A stretch of 44,805 nucleotides of DNA from an uncultured Verrucomicrobiales bacterium (GTDB taxonomy: Bacteria > Verrucomicrobiota > Verrucomicrobiia > Verrucomicrobiales > DEV007): positions 1-44,805 of the forward strand of contig CALKOM010000137.1 in NCBI GenBank assembly GCA_938091905.1, given 5' to 3'. A program made the position numbers and the translations under genes. Under the pieces are notes generated by a model. The model was given only the letters and a program-made list of their open reading frames with translations, was not told where the DNA came from and did no database searches. This document shows, in pieces, positions 37,227 through 44,805 of this stretch. How positions within the stretch are numbered: position 1 is the stretch's first letter; the number at the start of each line of letters is the position of its first letter.

Positions 37227-40019
37227 ATGAGTAAGCCTACAAATGGGAGTCGTCCTGAACAGACGAAAGAGAGACAAACTCGCGCAGCCGAGAGCCTTCA
37301 AAACGGAGGGCAAAGTCCTGCAGCAGCGATGCCAGCCCAGTCGATGGCTCCGCCTGCTAAGGTCGGTGCGATACGTGGCAGTGTGGAGCATCAGGATGAG
37401 CCAACGACGCCCCTTGCTCAAGAGTTGATGACCCTGAAGGTCAAGCTTCCAACGCTTGGGATCAATGGTGAGCTGGAGGCATTGAAAACCATGCGTGTGA
37501 AGGTGCCGCGCCAAGAGGTGGTCGATGCTGGTGTGGTCGGCGCGGCTGTGGCTCAGAGTCTAGAGCAGCTCAATCAGGGCGTGGCTTTGCCAGCTCAGCG
37601 TGCGGATTCGATGCCGGATCCACTCTTGCGGGATGATCGTGGCGGTCGTGGCGGTCGTGGCGGTGGAGGGGACCGTCGCCGGCACTCCAGGGAAGACGAA
37701 GACGGCTACTACGAGGAAGAGTTTACTGCTGATGAGGCGCCTACCATCGGTCGTGAGTTATCGCTGCGTGACATCTTTTTCATGGTGCGTGAACGCTGGA
37801 TGCTAGGCCTTTCGGTTGGCCTTCTCGCTGCCGGAGCGTTGGCCTATTGGATGATGAGTAAGCCGGCGATTTATGAGGCTAAGGCTGAACTCCTTGTTGA
37901 GTTCAATGAAGATAAGATTCTTCCCATGGAGTCGATTGACCAGGAGAGCACCTCAACCTTGGAGCAGGTGATGCAAGTCCATGTCAAGCGCCTGCAAAGC
38001 GCCGCCTTTCGCACCTTTGCCCTCAAGGCGCTCGAAGCCAAGACCTTGCCGGCCACGCCTACCCAGCCTAAGCCGAAGCTTGTTCTTCAGGCTCCTTACC
38101 GGACCTATCCATCTTTCTTCAATGCCTACAATCAAGGCCTAACGAATGTGATGTTGCGTGGAAGGGAGGCGAAGCCTGGCGAAGAGTTGCCTAGCAAGGA
38201 GGAAATGTTCCAAACGCACTTCTATGGGGAAGAGACGCTCTCGGTCTCGAGTGGAAAGAGGTCTCCGTTTATCACGGTCGCGTTCAGGCACCCTGACAAA
38301 GTCGTCGCGCGACAAGTGGCGCACGCCATGGTGGAGTGTTACAATCCTTTCCTGGGAGGGAAAGAGAAGCTTGTTCACGAGTCTGCTCGGAAGTTCTTGG
38401 ACGGCGAGACGAGTAAATTGGAGAAGCAAATCCGCACGGAAGAAGCCAATATTATCCGTTACAAACAGGTCAACGGTATTGTCGAGAACCTCGAGGATGG
38501 TGATAGTCGAGAAGACCAAAAGTTCAATGCCCTCGATGGCAAGGTGGCGCAGGCGGGCTTTGATTTGGTTGAGTTGGAAACTCAGCTCAAGGGGGTGGAA
38601 GCCGTCGGCACCAAGGACACTCTCAAACTCAGTCAGATTCCGGTCATTTCTGCCTATGGATCCGTGGCTGAGATCAAAGCGAAGATTGAGAAGAACCGGG
38701 AAGAGAGGATCCAGCTCGACCTAAAATACCTCGCGCGTCACCACAAGATCATCGGCAATAATTCGGAGCGGGAATCGCTCTTGGAAATGCTCGCCACCAA
38801 TGTCGCGCTCAGTGTGCAGGATCTACGCACTCGCGTGGAGCAGAAGAGGCAGGAGGAAGCTGAGCTCAAAGGGGCGATTGCTACTGCTGAAACGCAGGCC
38901 CTGGAGGACGATGATCCCATGGTCCAATACCAGGTCATGCAAAGTGGCCTCAATATCCTCAAGGGTAAATATGAAATGCTCTTGGGCCGTCTGAGTGAAA
39001 CGCAGATATCTGAAGCGCTTGAACGCACCAAGGTTGATATCATGACTCCGGCCTTGTTGCCGAAAGATCCTGTCGATCCTGATAAGAAGAAAGTTCTCGC
39101 TCTTTCCAGCCTGCTCCTTCTCGGAGGCCTATTCGGCTTGCCGATTGGCCTTGGCTTCCTCGATACCCGCCTCAAGTCGTTTAGTGAAGCGGAGGCCTTC
39201 CTCGGGATCGAATGTCTCGGCTGTGTGCCAGAACGCCCCAAGCTGAGCCACATGGAGCTCGGTCAGTGTGTGCTCTCAGAGCAGGATGAACAGATCGTGG
39301 AAAGCTTCCGCGTTGTGTATGGCTCAGTGGACCTCCACTCGAAAGTTCCAGTGCCGAAAGTGCTGGTCACGACGAGTACCGGACCAAGTGAGGGCAAGTC
39401 TTTCTGCACCGCAAACCTGGCTGGCACCTTTGCTAGACATGGAAATCGAGTCCTCGTCATCGACTGCGACCTTCGGAAGCCTTCTCAACACAAGTTGGTT
39501 GGCAGTCGTAATAATGCCGGTGTTCTAAAATGGTTCCGCGCAGGTGGCATCCCTCCAGCAACTGCCAAGGAGCTTGTGGAAGATACTGATCTTGGGTTGG
39601 TTCCGCTTTCGGACGAACACGATATCTTTCTTTTGCGAGCGGGTGGTTCAACGCGCAATCCGAGTGAAATCATCACAAGCAAGCCCTTCGAAGCTCTTCT
39701 CCACAACCTGCGTCATTGGTTCGATGTCATCATGATCGACACGCCGCCGGTTGGACTCTTCCCCGATGCCCTCTTCCTTGCCAACTATGCCGAGGAAGCC
39801 ATCTTCGTTTGCAAACACAACGGCCTCAATCGCCACAAGATCAAGTTTGCCCTCAAGAAGATGGAAGGTGGAAACGCCACCGTGTTAGGCACGGTCATGA
39901 ATCAGCTTTCTGCCTCCAAACGCCACCAATACGGTTACGGCTACAAAGACTACGGTTACGGCTCCTACTCCTACAAAGAGTACGCCAAATACTACCACGC
40001 CGAGGACGAAGAAGAGTGA
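37227..40019 (+). CDS. wzc: Polysaccharide co-polymerase / tyrosine autokinase (Wzc-like)
   Basis: Two TMs flanking a periplasmic coiled coil; ESFR, TSTGPSEGKS, VIDCDLRKP, IDTPP; Tyr-rich tail YGYGYKDYGYGSYSYKEYAKYY. Confidence 0.93.
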   Translation: MSKPTNGSRPEQTKERQTRAAESLQNGGQSPAAAMPAQSMAPPAKVGAIRGSVEHQDEPTTPLAQELMTLKVKLPTLGINGELEALKTMRVKVPRQEVVDAGVVGAAVAQSLEQLNQGVALPAQRADSMPDPLLRDDRGGRGGRGGGGDRRRHSREDEDGYYEEEFTADEAPTIGRELSLRDIFFMVRERWMLGLSVGLLAAGALAYWMMSKPAIYEAKAELLVEFNEDKILPMESIDQESTSTLEQVMQVHVKRLQSAAFRTFALKALEAKTLPATPTQPKPKLVLQAPYRTYPSFFNAYNQGLTNVMLRGREAKPGEELPSKEEMFQTHFYGEETLSVSSGKRSPFITVAFRHPDKVVARQVAHAMVECYNPFLGGKEKLVHESARKFLDGETSKLEKQIRTEEANIIRYKQVNGIVENLEDGDSREDQKFNALDGKVAQAGFDLVELETQLKGVEAVGTKDTLKLSQIPVISAYGSVAEIKAKIEKNREERIQLDLKYLARHHKIIGNNSERESLLEMLATNVALSVQDLRTRVEQKRQEEAELKGAIATAETQALEDDDPMVQYQVMQSGLNILKGKYEMLLGRLSETQISEALERTKVDIMTPALLPKDPVDPDKKKVLALSSLLLLGGLFGLPIGLGFLDTRLKSFSEAEAFLGIECLGCVPERPKLSHMELGQCVLSEQDEQIVESFRVVYGSVDLHSKVPVPKVLVTTSTGPSEGKSFCTANLAGTFARHGNRVLVIDCDLRKPSQHKLVGSRNNAGVLKWFRAGGIPPATAKELVEDTDLGLVPLSDEHDIFLLRAGGSTRNPSEIITSKPFEALLHNLRHWFDVIMIDTPPVGLFPDALFLANYAEEAIFVCKHNGLNRHKIKFALKKMEGGNATVLGTVMNQLSASKRHQYGYGYKDYGYGSYSYKEYAKYYHAEDEEE

Positions 40020-40084
40020 TTTAGTGTCGTGGAACTCGCTAGACTTCCTTCCCGTGACAAGCACAATTCCCGGGTTTACGATGA

Positions 40085-40597
40085 TTGATGAGTGCCGAGA
40101 CCACACTACTGTTCGAAGACCTGGTTGGGCGTCCCGAGTTTCAGGGCTTGCCCTATAAGGTTGAGACTACCGCAGGTGGGCAGATTATCATGAGTCCTCA
40201 TCTCAACAGCCACTCGGCCTTTCAGCGGGCAATCGAGCGGCACTTGGAGACTCTTATGAGAAGCCCAGGAGTAGCTCTTCAAGAGTTCGCCATACAGACG
40301 GAAGATGGGGTCAAGGTTCCAGATGTTGTGTGGCTCACGCCTGAAGAACTAGCTACCGCGAGAGATGTTAGTATCACTGACAAGGCGCCTAGAATCTGTG
40401 TGGAGGTCAAGTCTAAGGGAAATACAGCCAAAGAGATCGGTGAGAAGGCCCAGTTGTATTTCGCTCAAGGGGCCAAAGAAGTGTGGGTATGTGACCTTGA
40501 CGGCAACGTTAGTTTTCTGGATGCCGAGGATGGTCCGAAGCATCAATCCTTCTTCTGTCCGGACTTTCCAACCTTGATTGATCCATTCAAGATCTAG
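40085..40597 (+). CDS. Uma2 family (DUF820) PD-(D/E)xK endonuclease
   Basis: GQIIMSP...H, VKVPDVVW, APRICVEVKS, K-QLYF-QGAKEVW. Confidence 0.9.
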   Translation: MMSAETTLLFEDLVGRPEFQGLPYKVETTAGGQIIMSPHLNSHSAFQRAIERHLETLMRSPGVALQEFAIQTEDGVKVPDVVWLTPEELATARDVSITDKAPRICVEVKSKGNTAKEIGEKAQLYFAQGAKEVWVCDLDGNVSFLDAEDGPKHQSFFCPDFPTLIDPFKI

Positions 40598-40750
40598 GTG
40601 CCTCTAAGTAGAGAAACTCGCAAGAGTGCCTGGCATCGCCCCTCGTTGAATTCTGCGTGAGATCCGGTTCCACCATTGATTTCACCAAGGGCTCTTCCTT
40701 TATCGAGTGCTCTCCTTTAAGCTAATTCTGTCTAAAAGCTCTATTCTCCA

Positions 40751-41821
40751 TTGGCTATCTACCCGCGACTCCTCGCCGATCTCAAAACCAGCCCAAAGAA
40801 ATGGCTAGTCACTGGTTGCGCTGGATTCATCGGCTCTAACCTACTTGAGACCCTTCTCGCGAATGGGCAAGAAGTTGTCGGCGTTGATAACTTCATCGCC
40901 GGTCACAAAAGCAACCTTGACCAGGTCCAGGCCATGGTCACCGAAGCGCAATGGAAGTCCTTCCGCTTCCATGAAGGCGATGTCCAAGACCTTTCGCTTT
41001 GTCACAAAGCGGCCGAAGGGTGTGATTACATCATCCACCAAGCCGCTCGCGGCTCAGTGCCTGGTTCCGTCGCCGACCCCATTGGCTTCAATGCCGCAAA
41101 CGTCACCGGATTCCTCAACATGCTCGTTGCCAGTCGCGACGCCAAGGTAAAGCGCTTCGTATACGCATCAAGCAGCTCAGTCTACGGCGATTGCCCAGGT
41201 AGCCCAGCGATTGAAGACACCTTAGGCCAAGCTCTTTCCCCTTACGCCGTCACCAAGCACATCAACGAGCTCTACGCCGCCCAATTCGCCCGACACTATG
41301 ACCTAGAATCCAGAGGGCTCCGCTACTTCAACATCTTCGGTGCTCGTCAGGATCCTAAGGGTGCCTACGCTGCCGTCATTCCGCGTTGGATCACCGCCAT
41401 GATCAAAGGAGACGACGTCAAGATCTACGGCGACGGCGAAACCACGCGTGACTTCTGTCACGTATCCAATGTCGTCCAAGCCAACCTCCTGGCTGCCACC
41501 CAACCCTGGCCAGCCCAAGATGGAAAGAGCGATCACCTTCCTCACCAAGTCTACAACATCGCCAACGGCGGAGCCACCAGTCTCAACGAACTCCACGCCG
41601 CACTCAAAGCTGAGCTGAACGCGCGGCTCCCCGATCATCCCATCGCAGAACCCATCCACACCGACTTCCAACCCGGCGATGTCCGTCACTCCCTAGCCAG
41701 CATCGAGCGCGCCCAGCTCGAACTCGGCTACGATCCCACCCACACTGTCTCTGAGGGCCTTGAGGCCGCCATGGACTACTACATCAAACAAAGTGGCGAG
41801 CGGCTAGAAGCTAGAAGCTAG
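40751..41821 (+). CDS. UDP-GlcNAc(A) 4-epimerase (WbpP/TviC-like SDR)
   Basis: WLVTGCAGFIGSNLLETLL, HQAA-GSVP-S, YASSSSVYGD, SPYAVTK, LRYFNIFG-RQDP-GAYAAVIP, GDGETTRDF. TTG start. Confidence 0.92.
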   Translation: MAIYPRLLADLKTSPKKWLVTGCAGFIGSNLLETLLANGQEVVGVDNFIAGHKSNLDQVQAMVTEAQWKSFRFHEGDVQDLSLCHKAAEGCDYIIHQAARGSVPGSVADPIGFNAANVTGFLNMLVASRDAKVKRFVYASSSSVYGDCPGSPAIEDTLGQALSPYAVTKHINELYAAQFARHYDLESRGLRYFNIFGARQDPKGAYAAVIPRWITAMIKGDDVKIYGDGETTRDFCHVSNVVQANLLAATQPWPAQDGKSDHLPHQVYNIANGGATSLNELHAALKAELNARLPDHPIAEPIHTDFQPGDVRHSLASIERAQLELGYDPTHTVSEGLEAAMDYYIKQSGERLEARS

Positions 41822-41836
41822 AAGCTAGAAGCTAGA
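41803..41836. repeat. Heptamer microsatellite (GCTAGAA, four full copies plus 6/7) overlapping the epimerase stop codon
   Basis: Seen directly; the epimerase TAG (41819-41821) lies within the repeat. Confidence 0.9.
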
Positions 41837-41860
41837 GTAGCTTGGGCATCCTGCCCGAGT
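41837..41860. repeat. GTAG-type REP-like palindrome
   Basis: GTAG followed by the hairpin CTTGGGCA-TCC-TGCCCGAG, the canonical layout of GTAG-family REP sequences. Confidence 0.55.
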
Positions 41861-41891
41861 CATCCAACGCTTGTACCCACCGATTAGCGGT

Positions 41892-41962
41892 TAGCCACTC
41901 CACCGAAGGTGGCCTCTAGCCCCTAGCCACTAGTTTTCTAGCCACTCCACCGAAGGTGGCCT
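41892..41962. repeat. Left direct-repeat block of the nucleotidyltransferase cassette
   Basis: Two copies of TAGCCACTCCACCGAAGGTGGCCT (41892 and 41939) joined by CTAGCC-type heptamers. Confidence 0.88.
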
Positions 41963-41968
41963 TCGATC

Positions 41969-42496
41969 ATGCGCAGTCCTGCTGATAAACACAAAATCGA
42001 GCAGTTCATGGAACAGTTCGGGAAGAAATTGAAGGGTGAGGGACGAATCTATCTGACCGGAGGTGCCACGGCGCTTCTCCATGGATGGCGCTCGAGTACA
42101 ATCGATGTTGATATCAAAGCGGCTCCAGAACCTCCGCGATATTTTGAAACCATTGCAGAAATCAAGGAACGTTTGGACCTGAACGTGGAACTTGCTAGTC
42201 CGGATCAATTCATCCCAGAGCTACCTGGCTGGGAATCGCGGAGTTTATTTATAGGCAGGCATGGGAAAGTCGACTTTTATCACTATGACCTTTACAGCCA
42301 AGCCTTAGCGAAGTTGGAGCGAGGGCATGAACGTGATCTGATGGACGTGGAGGCAATGGAGGCCCGCCAACTCATCCGCAAAGAACGTCTTTGGGAACTG
42401 TTCGAGGCCATCGAGTCCTCATTGATCCGATTTCCAGCTCTAACGCCATCTAAATTTGCCGAAATCGTAAGACGTTACTGTGGTATCGAACGATGA
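41969..42496 (+). CDS. Nucleotidyltransferase-fold protein (DUF6036-like), putative toxin-antitoxin component
   Basis: IYLTGGATALL-G-R-STIDVD (GG...DxD NTase motif), ALAKLERGHERDLMD. Confidence 0.75.
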   Translation: MRSPADKHKIEQFMEQFGKKLKGEGRIYLTGGATALLHGWRSSTIDVDIKAAPEPPRYFETIAEIKERLDLNVELASPDQFIPELPGWESRSLFIGRHGKVDFYHYDLYSQALAKLERGHERDLMDVEAMEARQLIRKERLWELFEAIESSLIRFPALTPSKFAEIVRRYCGIER

Positions 42497-42786
42497 ACCT
42501 TGCTAAGATCACCGAATACCCAGGAGGATATCTCATCGCTGAAGGTATTGATGACTACGCCGTGGGTAAGCGCACGATTCCTGCTTGTTTAGTCGCGATT
42601 GCTGCCTCAACCCTTCGGCAAATCGGATTACCCATCTCAGATTCTCCTTCGCATATCATTTCAGAGCCAGAGCACCAGCTCTACGAGCTGTTAAGGCTGG
42701 AATCTGGAGACGCTTATAGCCAATACAACGCATTCCTAAGGCAGCTCACGAGCTTTATCCGAGCAGCCCACGCGATAGAAGGTTAG
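42493..42786 (+). CDS. Small helical protein coupled to the NTase, putative partner/antitoxin
   Basis: 97 aa, ATGA overlap with the upstream gene; PEHQLYELL...DAYSQYNAFLRQLTSF. Confidence 0.7.
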   Translation: MNLAKITEYPGGYLIAEGIDDYAVGKRTIPACLVAIAASTLRQIGLPISDSPSHIISEPEHQLYELLRLESGDAYSQYNAFLRQLTSFIRAAHAIEG

Positions 42787-42790
42787 CATT

Positions 42791-42865
42791 TAGCTCCTCC
42801 ACCCAAGATGGCTACTAGCCACTCCACCGAAGGTGGACCCTAGCCACTAGTTTTCTAGCCACTCC
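42791..42865. repeat. Right direct-repeat block of the nucleotidyltransferase cassette
   Basis: Degenerate copy at 42791, TAGCCACTCCACCGAAGGTGG at 42816, and CCCTAGCCACTAGTTTTCTAGCCACTCC at 42838 (identical to 41921-41948). Confidence 0.88.
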
Positions 42866-42878
42866 GGCAACGTCAGCC

Positions 42879-43187
42879 CATTCTGCAAATTCAGTAATTC
42901 TGTCCAGGATTCAGTAGCTTCACCCGCCTCCTCGGGCATTCGCAGTTCCGAAGCATCGGTCAGCCATCATAGAGTTCCCCAGCTTTTCTAACATTCAGTG
43001 AATTTCGTTAATTCTGTCCAAGATTCAACTGCTTCACCCGCTTCCTCGGGCATTCGAAGTTCCGAAGCATCAGACAGCCATCATAGAGTTACCAAGCTTA
43101 TCTAACATTCAGTTAATTCAGTAATTCTGTCCAAGATTCAACTGCTTCACCCGCTTCCTGTCATTCTGCAAATTCAGTAATTCTGTC
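42879..43187. repeat. Non-coding tandem repeat of about 113-114 bp (about 2.5 units) carrying AATTCxGT-type short repeats
   Basis: TAATTCTGTC recurs at 42895, 43009, 43122 and 43178; the intervening sequence is nearly identical between units. Confidence 0.9.
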
Positions 43188-43313
43188 TAGAACTGCTGAG
43201 TTCTCACCCCGTCTGCCCACTTTCTAATCCTTTGCTGATAACATTCCCTCTCTGCGTCTTGGCGTCTCTGCGTGAGATCCTAAATGTTCCATCCCAAATC
43301 CTAAATTCCCTCT

Positions 43314-44399
43314 GTGCAGTTCATTGATCTCAAAGCTCAGCAAGCTCGCATCCGTCCCGAGTTGGATCGGCGGATTGCCGCCGTCCTCGACCACGGCCAA
43401 TACGTCCTCGGTCCCGAAGTCCGCGAACTCGAAGAACGCCTAGCTGAATACGTAGGAGTTAAGCACTGCATTGGCGCAGCGAGTGGCACGGACACGCTCC
43501 TCATTGCGCTCATGGCGCTCGGAATTGGTCCTGGTGATGAAGTCATCACCGTCCCTTACACCTGGATTTCCACCGCTGAGATGATTGCACTCATCGAAGC
43601 CAAGCCGGTCTTCGTCGACATCGATGAAGCTACCTGGAACATGGATCCCACCCAGGTAGAAGCGGCCATCACGGACAAGACCAAGGCGATCATGCCGGTC
43701 GGCATCTACGGTCAAACCGCTGACATGACCGCCATCAATGCCATAGCCGCCAAACATGACCTCCCGGTCATTGAAGATGCTGCCCAGTCATTCGGAGCTA
43801 CTCACCATGGGAAAAAGTCCTGTGCCCTCTCACAGATTGGCAGCACATCCTTCTTCCCTTCCAAGCCTCTTGCTGGCTACGGCGATGGCGGGGCTCTCTT
43901 CACCGATGACGACGCCTTAGCCGAGCGCATGCGCCAGGTCCGTGTGCATGGCCAAGCCAAGAAACACCACCATCCGATCTTAGGCATCAATGGCCGTCTT
44001 GATACGATTCAAGCCGCGATCGTTCTAGCAAAGGTCGACATCTTTGATGAAGAAGTCACCAAGCGCCAAGAAGTCGCGGCCACCTACAATGCGCACCTTG
44101 CTAAGAATGATCGCATCACCTTGCCACCTGTCGCCGACGGAAACACCTCAGTCTACGCTCAGTACACAATCCTATCCGAGGACCGGGACCAGCTCAATGC
44201 CAGCTTGAAAGAAGCGGGCATCCCATCGGTGAGTTATTATGCGGTTCCTCTCCATCTTCAACCTGTCTTCAAAGATCTTGGTCATGAGGCTGGAGACTTT
44301 TCGATCACCGAGAAGGTAGCGAGCCAAGGCCTCAGCCTTCCGATGAACCCCTACCTCACAGGCGACGAAATTGCCCAAGTCTGTGCTGCTTTCGGTTAG
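43314..44399 (+). CDS. DegT/DnrJ/EryC1/StrS sugar aminotransferase (WbpE-like)
   Basis: FIDLKAQ, GPEV-ELE, SGTDTL, IEDAAQSFGA, SFFPSKPL (PLP-binding Lys), GINGRLDTIQAA. Confidence 0.95.
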   Translation: MQFIDLKAQQARIRPELDRRIAAVLDHGQYVLGPEVRELEERLAEYVGVKHCIGAASGTDTLLIALMALGIGPGDEVITVPYTWISTAEMIALIEAKPVFVDIDEATWNMDPTQVEAAITDKTKAIMPVGIYGQTADMTAINAIAAKHDLPVIEDAAQSFGATHHGKKSCALSQIGSTSFFPSKPLAGYGDGGALFTDDDALAERMRQVRVHGQAKKHHHPILGINGRLDTIQAAIVLAKVDIFDEEVTKRQEVAATYNAHLAKNDRITLPPVADGNTSVYAQYTILSEDRDQLNASLKEAGIPSVSYYAVPLHLQPVFKDLGHEAGDFSITEKVASQGLSLPMNPYLTGDEIAQVCAAFG

Positions 44400-44493
44400 G
44401 CCGGTCCGTGGATAGTAGCCAGAAAGCCTAAAATTCTGAAAATTTCGTTAATTCTGTCTAAGCTTTCTCGACGCGCACCCATCGACATCCATC

Positions 44494-44805
44494 ATGACCT
44501 CCTTTTCTGACAATCCCACCATCGCCGTCATTGGCCTCGGCTATGTTGGCCTTCCGCTAGCCGTCGAGTTTAGTAAGAAATACTCCACGATCGGGTTCGA
44601 TATCAATGATGCTCGTATTGGTGAGCTGGAGAAGAGTGTCGATGCGACCCAAGAGGTTTCTCCGGAGGAGCTGAATGCCTGTCCAGATCTCCGATTTGCC
44701 AGCGATCCAGAGGAGATCAAGCAAGCGACGGTCTTTATTGTCACCGTGCCGACGCCTGTCGACAAACACAAGCGTCCAGATCTCACGCCGTTGGTGAAGG
44801 CGAGT
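44494..44805 (+). CDS. Nucleotide-sugar dehydrogenase (TviB/WbpO-like), truncated by the window end
   Basis: Not in the ORF track because it has no stop in the window. Read from ATG 44494: MTSFSDNPTIAVIGLGYVGLPLAVEF...GFDIN...FIVTVPTPVDKHKRPDLTPLVKAS. Confidence 0.92.
   Translation, partial: MTSFSDNPTIAVIGLGYVGLPLAVEFSKKYSTIGFDINDARIGELEKSVDATQEVSPEELNACPDLRFASDPEEIKQATVFIVTVPTPVDKHKRPDLTPLVKAS

Noticed and set aside
43020..43160. attR-like copy of the tRNA-Gly 3' end (GCTTCACCCGCT vs GCCTCACCCGCT)
   Set aside because: Only about 11 of 12 bp match, the match lies inside a tandem-repeat unit, and housekeeping-type genes (prmA, yhaON-like) lie between; likely chance.
42879..43187. CRISPR array
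   Set aside because: The sequences between the recurring motifs are near-identical rather than unique spacers, the period (about 113 bp) is too long, and no cas genes are present.

Overview
Bacterial chromosomal window, most likely Verrucomicrobiota (inferred from the PEP-CTERM proteins and Verrucomicrobia-style secreted and hypothetical proteins). From left to right: (1) the 3' end of an IS1182-like transposase. (2) A putative cell-polarity cluster: a small ORF, an 804-aa SPF(G)-repeat disordered protein ending in a Roadblock-like domain, an MglA GTPase and an MglB-like protein. It is followed by exbB/exbD/tonB-like genes, a Zn-ribbon membrane protein and tRNA-Gly(GCC). (3) A decayed accessory patch after the tRNA with a GIY-YIG nuclease and a pseudogene. 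(4) An ABC exporter operon, an outer-membrane beta-barrel, a YhaO/YhaN (SbcD/SbcC-like) pair and prmA. (5) A surface-protein block: two divergent FGE-sulfatase/C-lectin-fold proteins (one a 1.3-kaa MBG-repeat adhesin), two paralogous PEP-CTERM proteins, a broken wecA-like gene, a trypsin-like protease and two paralogous membrane proteins. (6) The start of an exopolysaccharide/capsule locus (beta-barrel, wza-like, wzc-like, wbpP/tviC-like, DegT aminotransferase, tviB-like). This locus is interrupted by a Uma2 nuclease gene and a direct-repeat-flanked nucleotidyltransferase two-gene cassette, and its intergenic spaces carry several families of short-period repeats. The best candidates for new biology are the MglA/MglB/SPFG-repeat scaffold module beside a TolQR/TonB-like motor, and the repeat-bounded cassette system inside the polysaccharide locus. 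All family assignments are by motif recognition by eye; no searches were run.
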